A stretch of DNA of 64,000 bases, from NCBI GenBank assembly GCA_964016885.1, contig OZ024740.1, positions 291,462,001-291,526,000 on the forward strand, read 5' to 3'. Position numbers and translations under genes: made by a program. The notes beneath the pieces are model-generated. The model saw nothing but the letters and a program-made list of their open reading frames with translations. It made no database searches and was not told the origin of the DNA. This document shows, in pieces, positions 51,701 through 64,000 of this stretch. The DNA comes from Eledone cirrhosa. Lineage: Eukaryota. Position 1 is the first letter of the stretch. Each line of letters begins with the position of its first letter.

Positions 51701-52137
51701 GGCTGCTGCCAATAGAAGTGGGACAAAAGATGACATACTACAAAAGAATTTCTTCCTGATGCCAGATTTTCATTACAATACCTAGTTATTATATTACTTG
51801 TGCCAATGTTAGAAATCATTATTATTATTATTATTATTCAAGAAACTCTGGCAAATATCTGAGTGTGGAGAATTCTTTACCAAAATCATAGGAAGATGTC
51901 AAAAGCTTAAAACTATTGGTTTTGTTGTATACACGTGTACACAAAACTAACCATGTTACCACAGACATACTTAACTATAATTAGTTGACATGTATACTGA
52001 TACAAAACAAATATGTTGGTGCAATTCCATTGATTTCCAAATTAAATGCATTCACACAGTACTCACTTCATAGGACTTAATTCACTCATACATAATATAT
52101 GTACACACACACACACACGTGTATGTGTGTGTGTGTG

Positions 52138-52169
<32 letters not shown>

Positions 52170-53385
52170 TATTTACATACTCATATAATATATATATAGT
52201 TACATAGCATGTGAGTGTATTTATGATCCCATAAGAATTTATGAAATTGAATGCAATTGGTTGTTGTTATTTTCTACAACTATTAATATTTTCTTCTGAA
52301 GATGTTGGAACTAATTGCTTTGAAGCACCAAAAGCAGTTCTTATGTATAGGAGAGTTGTCCTCAAAAACTGGTTACTTAAAATTTACTTTAAATTATTTA
52401 TTTTCATATATACTTGCAGATCCGAGTGGTGAATTATTATCCACCACACAAGTTGGAATTTTTAATTTCACTCAATACTCAAACACACATACACACACAC
52501 AGTATCATGGTCCCACATGGCTTTATTTTTTTTTCCTTACTTTCTAGAAAGGAAGGAAATATTTCTCTCTGTTTTGCAGCTAATTTTAGCACAAGGAAAA
52601 CCAATTGTGTCCAAACATGGTTTTTTTCTCCCTTGTTAAATATCAAATGAAAACAGCATTTTTGAAAATAAAAAACCTGTCTAACAGCTGAACAGATGAG
52701 AAAAATATACCAGTAGGTTAAATTGGTTCACTTTTCCAAGTAATTGCTTTATTTACTTAGATAAAAAAAAAAAGGATATCTGCTCAATCCTGCTTTTAAT
52801 CCCTGGCTCAGGAATTTTTTTGTATGTAACGTTTTTTTTTTTTAATTATTTATTTTTCAAAAATATAACAAAATCCCTCCCTTCAACTGCAGTAGACCCC
52901 CTTTAATAAATCAGATTAGGAAATATTAAAAGGAATCTTGGCAATGAGGTGTCTTTTTCTGCAAAATTGGAGATTTCAATGGAGTTTATTATTAGCTTGG
53001 CTGCACTTGATGGGCATCTGTTGTAGAGACAGCAGGATGGCAAGTATGCATGCACAAACACACATACACACATGTGCACACACTAGATGACCAAATATCA
53101 TTAAGATATATTGGCTGGCTTACAAAAAATATTAATTCATATGAATGCGCATGTGCAGTTGAGTGTGTATTATAAGTCATATTTGTTTATATATCTATGT
53201 ACCTATAGATATTACATAGATATCTATTGATAGTTGTCTTTTTGTTTGAAATGTCTTTATTAAAAATTTTAATCAAACAGAAAATGATTTCCTTTCCTGT
53301 TAGGAATTTTAGATTTTCCTACTTCAAGTCCAAAAATTTACAAAAGATCAAGTTATCATTGGGGCCCCTCATACTTGGGCTTTAG
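48750..53385 (-). other. Probable long 3' UTR of ARF6 (end uncertain)
   Basis: TE-poor and U-rich on the - strand downstream of the stop. AATAAA on - (TTTATT on +) near 49135 and 49770. Confidence 0.4.
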
Positions 53386-53528
53386 TCAAGATTTGTAATT
53401 AGAAGTCAACCAAGTGAGGCCCTCATAGAGTCCATCTCCTGTTGTTGCACACGATGGCTGAACATACCAATTCCTGTCGCGCAGTCGAGTAAGACCTAAT
53501 TTCTCTTGAATTTCATGTGGTTTCATTG
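53386..53528 (-). CDS. ARF6: ADP-ribosylation factor 6, last coding exon
   Basis: ttatag|CA ATG... (A)[46 protein letters not shown], the ARF6-diagnostic C-terminus. Confidence 0.97.
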
Positions 53529-55019
53529 CTATAAGAAAGAATGAAAAGAAAACATACTTATAATAAAGATCTATTTGTCAGTGTTACCAGGGAACAAAGA
53601 GCCTAAAATATCACCAAAAACCATATTTTATAAGACAACATTTAATAGAATAGTTAAATAGAAATTAAAGCAAAACAACTAAAAAATATGTAATTACATT
53701 TCACTCAAATTGAACAAACAAATGAGTCTTAAATTTCTAACTTTCCAGTTCAATAGAACTATGCTTCATATTGCTGGATAAAGAAACAATACTTTTGTAA
53801 ACACAAAACTAGCTCATCATCATTCGCCTGTTTCCCTTCCTAGCAGGTAGTGACAGACCAAGTCAGTACTTAATAGGCCAGGGGTTGCATCTTGATTACA
53901 TGTTACTGCACTCTACAGAGTGCACCAGGTGCATTTTATAGTGCCACCAGCGATAGGGAGATCATCATGCCTTTGACAGAACTGAAGAGTCCTCTTGTTA
54001 GTTTTCTAGACTGGATGCCAATTTACAGAGTGAACTGAATGCATTTTATCAAGGCACAAACACTAAGGAGATTGTCTTGCCCCTAGATATACTGTGATTT
54101 TTTTTTTCTTGATATTTTAATTAATATATTTGTTGGTATTAGTTGTTTATACCCAGAGTAACTTTGATGAAGTAGACCTGATCAAAAGTATTATAACTGT
54201 GACCACCCCATCATATCCAATGAATTTGTTCCTCTTATCAAGGCAGTAAGTGTGATATGAAGGAAGTTGGCTTGTGGCACTGCTTTGCTATGTTAACCCT
54301 TTTCACACCAACATACCTGAAACCAACTGATTCTATGATAAAACTGACCAATTTAAAATCTTCATATCTAAATTAAAAACTTCCATCAAATTTTATGTAA
54401 GAATTTTATTATGTTCTAAACACCAATTTAATGAAAATATTTTACTAAAGCCTCCCAAATTCTGGATTATTTTCAAAAATTAATTGAAACATATACAATG
54501 AATTTCATGAAAAAAAATAGTCATGTAATGGTCAAAGGTTACTCTAATTTGGCTAGTTTCCTTGTCAAACTGGTGTTAGATTTGTTGATGTTGCCTTCTA
54601 TTGATGTTTTTAGATGTTTCTGTAATTATATCATTGAATGTGTCTAGTGATTTCATTATAATAGAAACCCAGGTAGTTTTAGGAATGTACTATAAAAAGA
54701 ACTAAGTTTTTTTGTATTCTGTGTAGGCAGTGCAAACTGGTTTTTGTTGATAATTGCAATCACTGGCTGCTTTAGAAGCATACATGGAATTATTTTGTTG
54801 TATAGCAATTGTGTTTGAGTAATTAAAATACAATTTTCAATGTCAAATTCTATAAAAAGTACAGCAGAAATGAGCAGAAAGAGTGGCTAAGCATCAAAAT
54901 GATCAGATGATGTGTGTAGGAGGCAGCTGCATGTGTTAGGGCACCACAAGGTGAAAAAAGGCCTCCACATCTAATAAACAAAAGAAAATTGTTGAGTTGA
55001 AGCTATCTCAAGAAAAGGA

Positions 55020-55530
55020 AGAATGATGCGTATGAAGGATGATAGCTGTATAAAAAAGTGCAGGGCAATAAAAATTGCTGGAAGCTACGGAGTGGGTAGA
55101 CCAAGAAAAACCTGGGACGAGGTAATAAAAACTGACCTTGCTCACTTACACCTCTCTAAGACGACACTGGATCGAGATCTTTGGCGCTATGCAGTTGTAC
55201 AGAAGACCCGACTGCCATTGCATACAAACCTACAGCCAGTAGGCACCTCGTAACCCAATGTACACCCCGCCATCGCTCTCCCATTCCGTCCACTGTGTTG
55301 ATGACAACAGTCCATACTGTAAGGTGGTCGTGTAGGAGACACAGTAAAATGGCTCCTAGTCCACACTGTAAATGTGGTTGGTGTTAGGAAGGGCATCTAG
55401 CTGTAAAAAAACCTGCCAGAGACACTTCTGTACGAGCGAGACACGGTCCCCCGACCATTCCGGCATCAAATGGAATAAAACTGTCTCACCCATGCTAGCG
55501 TGGAAGATGGACGTTAAACGATGATGATAC
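55020..55530 (+). mobile_element. RTE LINE 3' end with long 3' UTR (in an ARF6 intron)
   Basis: MRMKDDSCIKKCRAIKIAGSYGVGRPRKTW...DRDLWRYAVVQKT; ends catgctagcgtggaagatggacgttaaacgatgatga. Same subfamily as 36517-38990. Confidence 0.9.
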
Positions 55531-55863
55531 ATATAACACAGAATCAGAGTAATCAGCAGTTTTGACACTTCATGAAATTAGGGTGTAAGTGGCTGAGTAT
55601 TCCACAAACTTGACTACATTTAATATAACTCTCAGGGAGATCCAGCGTGACAAGGCTAGCTTCTTGAATTACAGGTACTGTAATATATCCGATGGGCTTC
55701 TCAAGAGTTTCTATCTACCCAATTGCTCTTACAAGGCATACTACATCCACAGGATGAAAGCAATGGTGGCATTATATACATGTTCAATTGAGGCTAGTAT
55801 AGAAAAACCGACAAAGAAGTGAACATAAATTCTAGTTAGTTAAAAGTAATCTTTGTTACATAC

Positions 55864-56062
55864 CTTCTGGAAGGTCTTGTTTGTTAGCAAATATAAGAAT
55901 GATAGCATCTCTCATTTCTCGGTCATTAATAATTCGATGGAGCTCTTGTTTAGCTTCATCAATTCTATCTCTATCGGCACAGTCCACCACAAATATAAGC
56001 CCTTGCGTCCCAGTGTAGTAATGGCGCCATAATGGACGAATTTTGTCTTGACCTCCTACATC
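55864..56062 (-). CDS. ARF6: ADP-ribosylation factor 6, internal exon
   Basis: cttcag|GAT...GAA G|gtatgt. [66 protein letters not shown]. Confidence 0.97.
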
Positions 56063-58169
56063 CTGAAGAAAAGTAAAAAATAAAATAAAAAATGAGAGAC
56101 AATGTTGCAATTATATAATTTTAATCTAATTCAATTCTATTACTCTATGATGTGTTCCAGCCGAAAGGCTGGGGCTGGGGCACAGCCATTGACGCTATGT
56201 GTCAACAATTTATTTTACAGTAAATATAAAATCTAATAATGAGTTCTTAAACTGGTAAAAAATCATAAATTAAGATGAATGGACTGCAACAGGATTAGAA
56301 GTTAGAATGTGAAAGGATAAAACTAAAGTTAATAATTTGAGAGTCACATATGTTACCATTTCTACCAACTCAGCACTTTTGCAAACTAATAATAGGTATG
56401 AGGTTTTGTTAATTTTTCACAAAGATAAACATATAAAACTAATCTATAGATGAAGTTGGTAATAACTGATTAAATTGAACCCAATAAATTAATATGTACA
56501 TCTCTAAACTTACAAAATTAAATAGAATATCTAGTGTAGTTCTTCACTATATCGGTTGACTTTACAACAGAAATAGCAATGTCATGTAGAGTTAACACTT
56601 TTGATACCAAACTGCCTGAAACTGCCCCTGGTTTTATGATACAAAACTGTTTATTTTAAACAATTTTATGTAAGTGTCTTTGTTAAGTTATGTTCCAAAC
56701 ACCAGTTAAATAAAGAGAAAATTAGTTACATTACTAAATCTCTTCCAATTTTTGGTAATTTGAAAATTCTATGCAGTGCTTTTCATTAGAAATGTGATAA
56801 GAAAAGGGATAAAACTGAACAAGATATAAAAACAAGAGCAAGACACCAGCAAACAAGAGGAACAAGGTCATTTATATTTATATAAGAAACAAAAATATAG
56901 TTTACTTAAGTTAGATGAATACAAAACATACAAATAGTTTTACATTACAGCTATATTTGCTATATTACATGGTCCTGTAACTCTTGATGGAGTCATAGGG
57001 GCATCATATTTACACACACCATTTCTTGGCACTTTTAAACCTGGTGGAGCCCATCTCCTCTTCAGGTCACAACTATATTACTACTGAGAAAAACTTAGCA
57101 ACTATCACAACTTTTGACTCAAAATGAATTTGACTGATATTGAGTAGTGAAGGGTTTATTAGTCTATTGTTTATTTATGCTATATTCACATCATAATATC
57201 TTGTTCAGTAATGATAGAAATAACTGTTAGCTTAACAACATTCTGAACATTTCTAACAGTCTACAAATAATTGAATTAAAATCAAATTTTCTGGACCCAA
57301 TGTTAATCTAGATTATATGGAATAAAAAAAAAAAAATCAACTAAGAAATAATTCAGCAGAAAGAGTAGGAAGAAAGTCTTAATATAAATAGAAATTGATC
57401 AGACACAAAACCTTTTTTTACTGCCAAATTAAACAGCTCAGATAACAGAGTGATTAATTTATACAAAATGGTGATAAAACAATACCAATATTTGTTCACA
57501 AATAAAGAGCATAAAATTATAAAACAAAAATGTTTAAATAAATTCTTTCACTGGTTCCAGTCACTGAGATGACATGCTGGGACAGTGCATTCAAGACATG
57601 AACTATCATAGCTATGGGTAGACTATATAACAGAAGACATAGATATGGAAATATTACAGTAAACAGTATAATAGAAGTCAGGTACTATCATAGATATGAG
57701 TAGAGAATTACAGTAAACTATATTCATGGACTGTATTTGCCAAGAAACTTTATTTCAATACCAAATTGCCTGAGACTGCCCAGGGTTTCGATATAAAATC
57801 TCATTTTAAATTGTTTATATTTAAATGAAATTCTTCCATCATAATTTTATTTAAGAAACCTTTACTTAAATTATATTCTAAACATAAGTTTAATAATGAC
57901 AAAGTCATATTAAATCCATCAAAATTTTAGTTTATTTTCAAAATTATTTGAAACAGTGTAGTTTTATAAAAAGCTACCATGCAACGGTTAAATTATGCCA
58001 CACTATAGTATGATAAGTCTATCTTATATAAAAGGTAGAGAAATGGAAAGTTGATTATGTTTCTGCACAAACAGAAATATTGTGATAGCAGATGAGAAAC
58101 AAATAAATAAATACCACACAGTAATATAAGAATGCTCTAGTAACAGCTGCACTACATAACTGTAGTCTA

Positions 58170-58345
58170 TTGATTCTATGTAGGAATGGTATTCTAACTA
58201 GGGTGGGGTGATTCTATACAGGACTGGTATTCTAACTAGGGGGTTACTAACTAAGATTGGCATTCTAACCAGGGTGGGGTGATTTTATGTAGAACTGGTA
58301 TTCTAGCCAGGGTGTGATTCTATATAGGACTGGTATTCTAACGAA
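58170..58345. repeat. ~39-bp minisatellite, ~4-5 units
   Basis: tgattctat...gga.tggtattcta.c.agggtg repeated. Confidence 0.8.
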
Positions 58346-58823
58346 GAGGTGATTTTTCTTTCACCTGTTTAAATACTACATATAATACAACAAAATGAAC
58401 AAAGTGTAGTGTATATTGACATTATTTTGCTTATACAAAGAAAAGCAACAACATAGGCCAGATAGATGACTAACCATTTATATACTTTAACAAATACAAT
58501 GATGCAAACTGTCATCCAAAATTTACAATTAATAAAATAAAATGAATATCCAAAGATTGGTGGGAATAAGCAAAATAGTAAATTAACAGTTTTTTGTTAA
58601 GTATGTAAAGTGAGTAATGACTAAATATTACCTAAAAAAATCATTGACCTACAGGCAAATTAAAATTACAAATGACAATGCAGAAATTTATATTCTAGCA
58701 CAAAATATATTTTGCTGCCATATAAAAACACAAAAACATTGCTATTAACTAATGCTATAGACTTGAAAAGTCAGTAAAAGATTAAATAATTCAAATTGTA
58801 AACTGCTAAATAGAAATAGCTTA

Positions 58824-59006
<183 letters not shown>

Positions 59007-59879
59007 TCAACAATATTCAAATATAAAACTAAAAAAAGAAAAGAAAATTCAGTTTATAAACTAGATTAAAACAACTCCAAACAACAGAGGTTTAATTTAC
59101 ATTACATTCCTTCAAGGCAACGTAAAGATTATATAATTTTAGTAGGGTCACTTAGACATGTTTAAACATATCAAAAAGATAGACATCAGTTAAGAAATAT
59201 TATCCATTAGCCAATAACCATTTGTGCTTCTTGTAACATTTAACAAAGTAACTCGGAAGACCCCCCACCACTTTTATATCATTTTGTTGATTTCATTTTT
59301 TTTTTTTTGACAAACAAAACTTGATAAATGTTTTGTGTCATTAACTCAACCTAAAAAACATACAATTAATTAATTGGTTGGTTGAGGTAGTTGACACCAC
59401 TCACAATATCTTTATATTCTGACAGAAAAAGAAAAATTCAGTTTTTAACCTTTGCAGTCTAAATACAGATGAAGACATTTTTAATCACTAAAAAAGGGGG
59501 GAAACAAAGAAGGTATCCTTAAACGAGAGACCTGGCCTAAATGGCTGCAGCAGAGTGGATGGACTCCATTAATGGTACTCAAGTGACAGGTGGAGGTGTT
59601 AAACTGGGTGCTGGATTAAGTCTACCATTCAAGTAGAGCAAGGCAAGATTTGAACTGAGACTGCTAAGAATCGAATGGCCACCATAGACTGGTATTTTAG
59701 CTTATTGATCTTTGGAGGAGGAGGACGAAAGATAAAGTTGATTGTACTGGGATTTCAACTCATGATACACAAATACTGCAAGGTATTTAATCCAAAACAA
59801 ACATCTCTGCTAACTGCCAAAAATGTGGTACAACTATATGATAAAATATAGTCATTGGTGATGCATATACTGATAACTT

Positions 59880-60090
59880 TTTCTAACATAGGCACAAGGC
59901 CAGCAATTTGAGGGAGAAGAAAGTCAAGTAAATCAACCCCAGTGCATTACTGGTACTTTATTTCATTGACCCTGTAAGGATGAAAGGCAAAGGTAACCTC
60001 GGCAGGATTTGAACTCAGAACCATAAAGGGCCGTAACTATATGTTGCAAAGCATCTCTGAAGCTCTACCAGTACTGCTTATCTACCCTCC
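59880..60090 (-). mobile_element. SINE family A, long form (ARF6 intron)
   Basis: Reverse complement of family A. Confidence 0.85.
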
Positions 60091-61479
60091 TCCTATACTG
60101 TTAATAATAATAATAACAACAATAAAAGCTAAAATCACACTAAAATATAATACTTAAAATACTAAACTATTTAACTCCCCACATCACACCAAAACAAAAA
60201 CTTGTGACCTTAACTTTTCAAATGCCAGTATTTTCATTGAATTGTTCCATTATAAAAGCAATGTTAGTAGATGTTATTTATATATAAAGGAACATTTCAT
60301 GTGTTATACAAAACTATTAAATTGCAAAACTCCCAAATTAACATTGTTATAGAGTGGTTTAATAGGCTAACAACCGAGAAAACAAAAGACAAAATATTCT
60401 TGCCCAGACATAGAGGAATGTTTTTTCTTAGAAATATTCGCGTCTGGGCCACTGTTACTATCACCATATCTTTGCTGCATTAATACTTTTTGTCACCGAT
60501 TCATAGATTACTCATCATCATCATCATCATTATTATTTTAATGTCTATTTTCCTTACCAGCAAAGGCTGGCCTGGTTGTCACAGACCAAGTAAGTACTTA
60601 ATTGAAGCTATAGACCTCTCAGATAGGTCAAGGGACGTCTTGATTATATTTCAGCACTTTACAGTGTACTGAGAGCATTTTATTGTGGCACCAACATCAA
60701 AATGTAACTAGTTTTTTCGATCTTTTCTTTGGCAAGTTTTCTAGTTGGATGCCCTTCATATCACAAACCACTTTACAGAGTGTACTAAGCACCAACACTA
60801 GAGAATTTGGTAGCCACTGACTTGGTTGAAGAGACAACTATACTCAAGAGAAGCTGATGATTTGTCCCAAGTGTGAGATATTTAGGAGAGGAAAGATAAG
60901 TAAGAGTTTATTTCTAGTACTGAGATGGTTTAAGTGTAAAATAAAAAAATAACACAAGTACATAATTTACATTGAATTAGTTTTAAGGATGATTACATTG
61001 GCAAAATCTAGTAATAAATTTATTTCAGTAAGACTTTACATTCCATGCCTGAAATGAGTTATTAATTTTGCTATCAATATTCATATCTACATTCCATTTT
61101 GGTATTTGATACTTCTCAGGCATCTTACTGGATTCAAACTATGAACCTTTATTTCTAAACTACCGAGCTGACTGGCAATATGCAACATTATAAAAGACCC
61201 AGCCTCAGGTACAAGAACTGCAAAACCAAAGTAAAATGACTGGAAGCTACAGTGTTGACAATCTAATTAAAACAATATAGGGTTTGAAGAGATACTTCAC
61301 TCTGGATGAGATGTAACCTCTGTTGTGGTTTCTATGGATAACTGTCCTTTCTAATGCCAACCACTTTACAGAATGTATTGGGTGCATTTTATTGCAGCAA
61401 CTGTTCAAGATTATCCTAAACACAGAGTCCACCTACTATTTTAGGCATTAACAATTCTTTTTAATATTCATTATAATTA

Positions 61480-61660
61480 TTGGTAGTATCGGTAGAGTCG
61501 GACACCATGCTTTGAAGCATAGAGTTACGTCCCTTTACGGTCTGAGTTCAAATCCCGCCGAGGTTAACTTTGCCTTTCATCCTTACGGGGTCGATAAAAT
61601 AAAGTACCAGTAATACACTGGGTAATTACTGGCCTTGTGCCAAAAGTAGAAACAATTATA
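61480..61660 (+). mobile_element. Young SINE family A, short form (ARF6 intron)
   Basis: Near-identical to the copies at 19235-19710. Confidence 0.9.
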
Positions 61661-61900
61661 ATTACACCAACAAATTCTCAGTTGTCAAATCTAAATTAAA
61701 CAATACCTTCTAACATTAATTGAGACCAAACATGAAATAAATTAATATGGCTAATGCAGAGTAAACTGACAAGAGTGAAAACTAATTTTCTATTCAAAGA
61801 ATTAGGTCAAGCCATCTAATTCCTGATTATTGAAAGACATAAGTCACATTTGCTTTCTATTTAAAATTCTCTGCATATTAACCAACTGTACTGTCTTTAA

Positions 61901-62108
61901 CTCTTCAGCATTTACATTACTCTATATTTACTATTTTATTTTCACGGTAAAGGCTTTAACTCACATAATATCGAATCTATGAGATTTTGATAATACTTAT
62001 TTTGAGAACAATACCTTAACATAAATATGAATGGCCAGTTACAGCCGGTTTGAACAGAAAGAGGTGAAAGAATTCTGGCCACATACAGCCAGTTTAAATG
62101 CTAATGGG
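61901..62108. mobile_element. TTAA-flanked MITE, uninterrupted inverted copy of 20795-21581
   Basis: TTAA 61897-61900, ctcttcagcattta...taaatgctaatggg, TTAA 62109-62112. Confidence 0.8.
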
Positions 62109-62125
62109 TTAAATATTATCAAGAA

Positions 62126-62948
62126 CTAGCAGTAAAGCCCGGCGTTGCTCGGGGTCGCTCAGTAGCTGTGTTAAAGTTACAATGTTAAGTTTCTTTCTTG
62201 GCTTAAAAACTGTAGTGTCTACTGTGCAGACTTGCATGTGGTGTTTTTGATTAATATTCCCTCAACCAACAATATGCCTTATGAAGTTAAGAAAACATAA
62301 CGATAACCCGAATGTTATAACAAAAGAGGATGCTGGGGATAGAAACTGCACTGGTTATTTATTAACAAAGATCGAAAATGTAAACACTGCAACGCAGAGA
62401 AAAACATTAGCGTAACCAAATTATCAGTTATGTCTGTCTGCACGCCTATATCACCTCTCTGCACGACTGTCTGTCTGCACGCCTATATCACCTCTCTGCA
62501 CGACTGTGTCTGCACGCCTAACGACGAAATATTTGCTTGTTTTACGTAGTCTTTAAATAGACTTGTTTTCAAGTAAAAATATTGTTTTAAAATGCTTTTA
62601 AATGGAAATGAAGCAAAACGGAAGCTTAGTGTTCGAACTGATGAATTTTGCAGGTCAATATTTTGCTGGCTCGACAACTGTTAAAGCCAGCGTAATTTTT
62701 TACGTAAGACGCTCAATGTAAACAGAACAAAGGGAAATAACTGATCACTTACGCTCAAAAATCGATACATTATATTCGATTTCGTCACATAGGGTGGGTC
62801 AATTTGAAATTTTTTTTTTTCCAATGTCTTCGCTAGGGCTCAATGTACAAGTATAGCAATTTCGGTGCAATTCCGTGAGAGATTCTAAGAGGAGATGTGT
62901 GCCAAAAATCGATAGACAGACAGACAACCACAGTTTTATATATATAGA
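62126..62948 (-). mobile_element. Non-autonomous Helitron
   Basis: The - strand starts a|TCtatatatataaaa...tgtctgtc and ends cccgagcaacgccggg...gCTAG|t. Internal 37-bp duplication at 62431-62520. Confidence 0.88.
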
Positions 62949-62959
62949 TAAGAATGATT

Positions 62960-63600
62960 ATTGGAAATTCCTATGGAAGAACGTAACGCAGGCCCGTGGC
63001 TGGTGTGAGATACCAGCTACACTAAAGGTGACTTGATAATAGAACTGCACTATAAACAGAACCATTGACCTGGTGGTAGAACAGAACCAGTGTCCTGGTG
63101 GTAGAACAGAACCATTAAAGCTAAGAGACAGGTATGGAAAAGCTGTAAAAATGTGAGCAGAAAAGAACAATATAAAGTAGCTAAAAAATGGAAAGCAGGT
63201 TTTCCAATATTGTAACTTGAGGATCAGAAGTATGTGTTTCAGATGGTAACAAGCAGTATGTCAGTGGAAATCAGGATTTTATTAGGGAACAGTGCATTCA
63301 AATGACACCGGTACACTTGACCCCAATGATGATCAGAAGAAAAAAGCCCTCAATAGCCTCAAGAGATGGACCATCTATCAAAATTGACAGTTACAGAGTC
63401 AAAGAAGAGAGATGAAAAATGGAAAAGCTGCTGCACCATCAGAAATAGTTGCTGAAATCATCTGGTGAAATAGGAGTTGAGCTAGTCACTGACAGACAGT
63501 CAATCTGGTAATACAAGATGGATGTGTGGTGTTAATGTGCATGGATGACGAAGCAAGGACCAGCTGTGAGAAAACCCAGGTATAAATGGAATCAAATGTA
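62960..63600 (+). mobile_element. Decayed RTE LINE linker region
   Basis: tggtggtagaacaga...ccattaaagctaagagacaggtatggaa, gaggatcagaag and ggaaaagctgctgcaccatcagaaatagttgctga; colinear with 38480-38970 reversed. Confidence 0.7.
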
Positions 63601-63744
63601 GTGTGTGGGGTTTGATTACTCGTACTGACATCAAAAAGTTTAGCAATCATTTTGCTAGTTTGATTCTAAAGGCACCTTCTACAATGGTCTTGGTTTGACA
63701 AAAACTTTGTGGGTGAAATTTAGTAGGCCAGAATTGTGTATATG

Positions 63745-64000
63745 TGTCATTATCATCATTTGAAGTCCATTTTTCCATGCTAGATGTCCATTTTTCAATG
63801 TTAGACGAGCTATTCCCTTATAAGACACGCCAGGTCAGATGACTGTCTTGCTCAAACAGAATTGATTTTGGTTTGGTTTCTTTGGCTGGATGCCCTTCCT
63901 AATGCCAACCATATTTACAGTGTGTACTGGGTGTTTTTTATGACAGCTACATGACAACTTTACAGTGAGTACCAGGTGCTTTTTGTCATGACACCTATAC
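63745..64000 (-). mobile_element. RTE LINE 3' UTR fragment
   Basis: catcattt...gtccattttt...ggctggatgcccttcctaatgccaacca; matches the 18073 and 36517 copies. Confidence 0.75.

Noticed and set aside
59513-59520. GTATCCTT U12 donor consensus
   Set aside because: It is on the + strand, opposite to ARF6, with no associated exon; probably chance.
62431-62520. Link between the 37-bp duplication in the Helitron and the 37-bp satellite
   Set aside because: The period is the same but there is no sequence similarity; treated as coincidence.

Overview
AT-rich, repeat-dense eukaryotic (metazoan) genomic DNA. The SINE and RTE-LINE families resemble those I recognise from octopod cephalopods, but the taxon is an inference. 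The window has four parts. (1) The last 8 coding exons of a + strand cysteine-containing leucine-rich-repeat (FBXL/AMN1-like) gene at 250-12916; I spliced them by hand and the GT-AG phases are consistent. (2) A TE-filled intergenic region containing a 12.5-kb array of exactly 338 in-phase 37-bp monomers (22771-35280). It has higher-order duplications and appears to derive from the 3' end of an RTE LINE. (3) A promoter-like island at ~43.5-43.8 kb and an orphan, possibly death-domain-like ORF at ~47.9-48.25 kb. (4) Three coding exons of an intron-containing ARF6 on the - strand (53386-58960; the first coding exon lies beyond the window), whose upstream intron ends with a U12-like branch site. 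TEs include RTE LINEs with a PHD-like finger inside the RT, two 5'-inverted (twin-primed-like) RTE insertions, tRNA-derived SINEs that stack head-to-tail, a deleted maT-type Tc1/mariner, non-autonomous Helitrons, and TTAA- and TA-flanked MITEs. Most short ORFs in the supplied track are TE fragments or noise. I see no prokaryotic systems or CRISPR.
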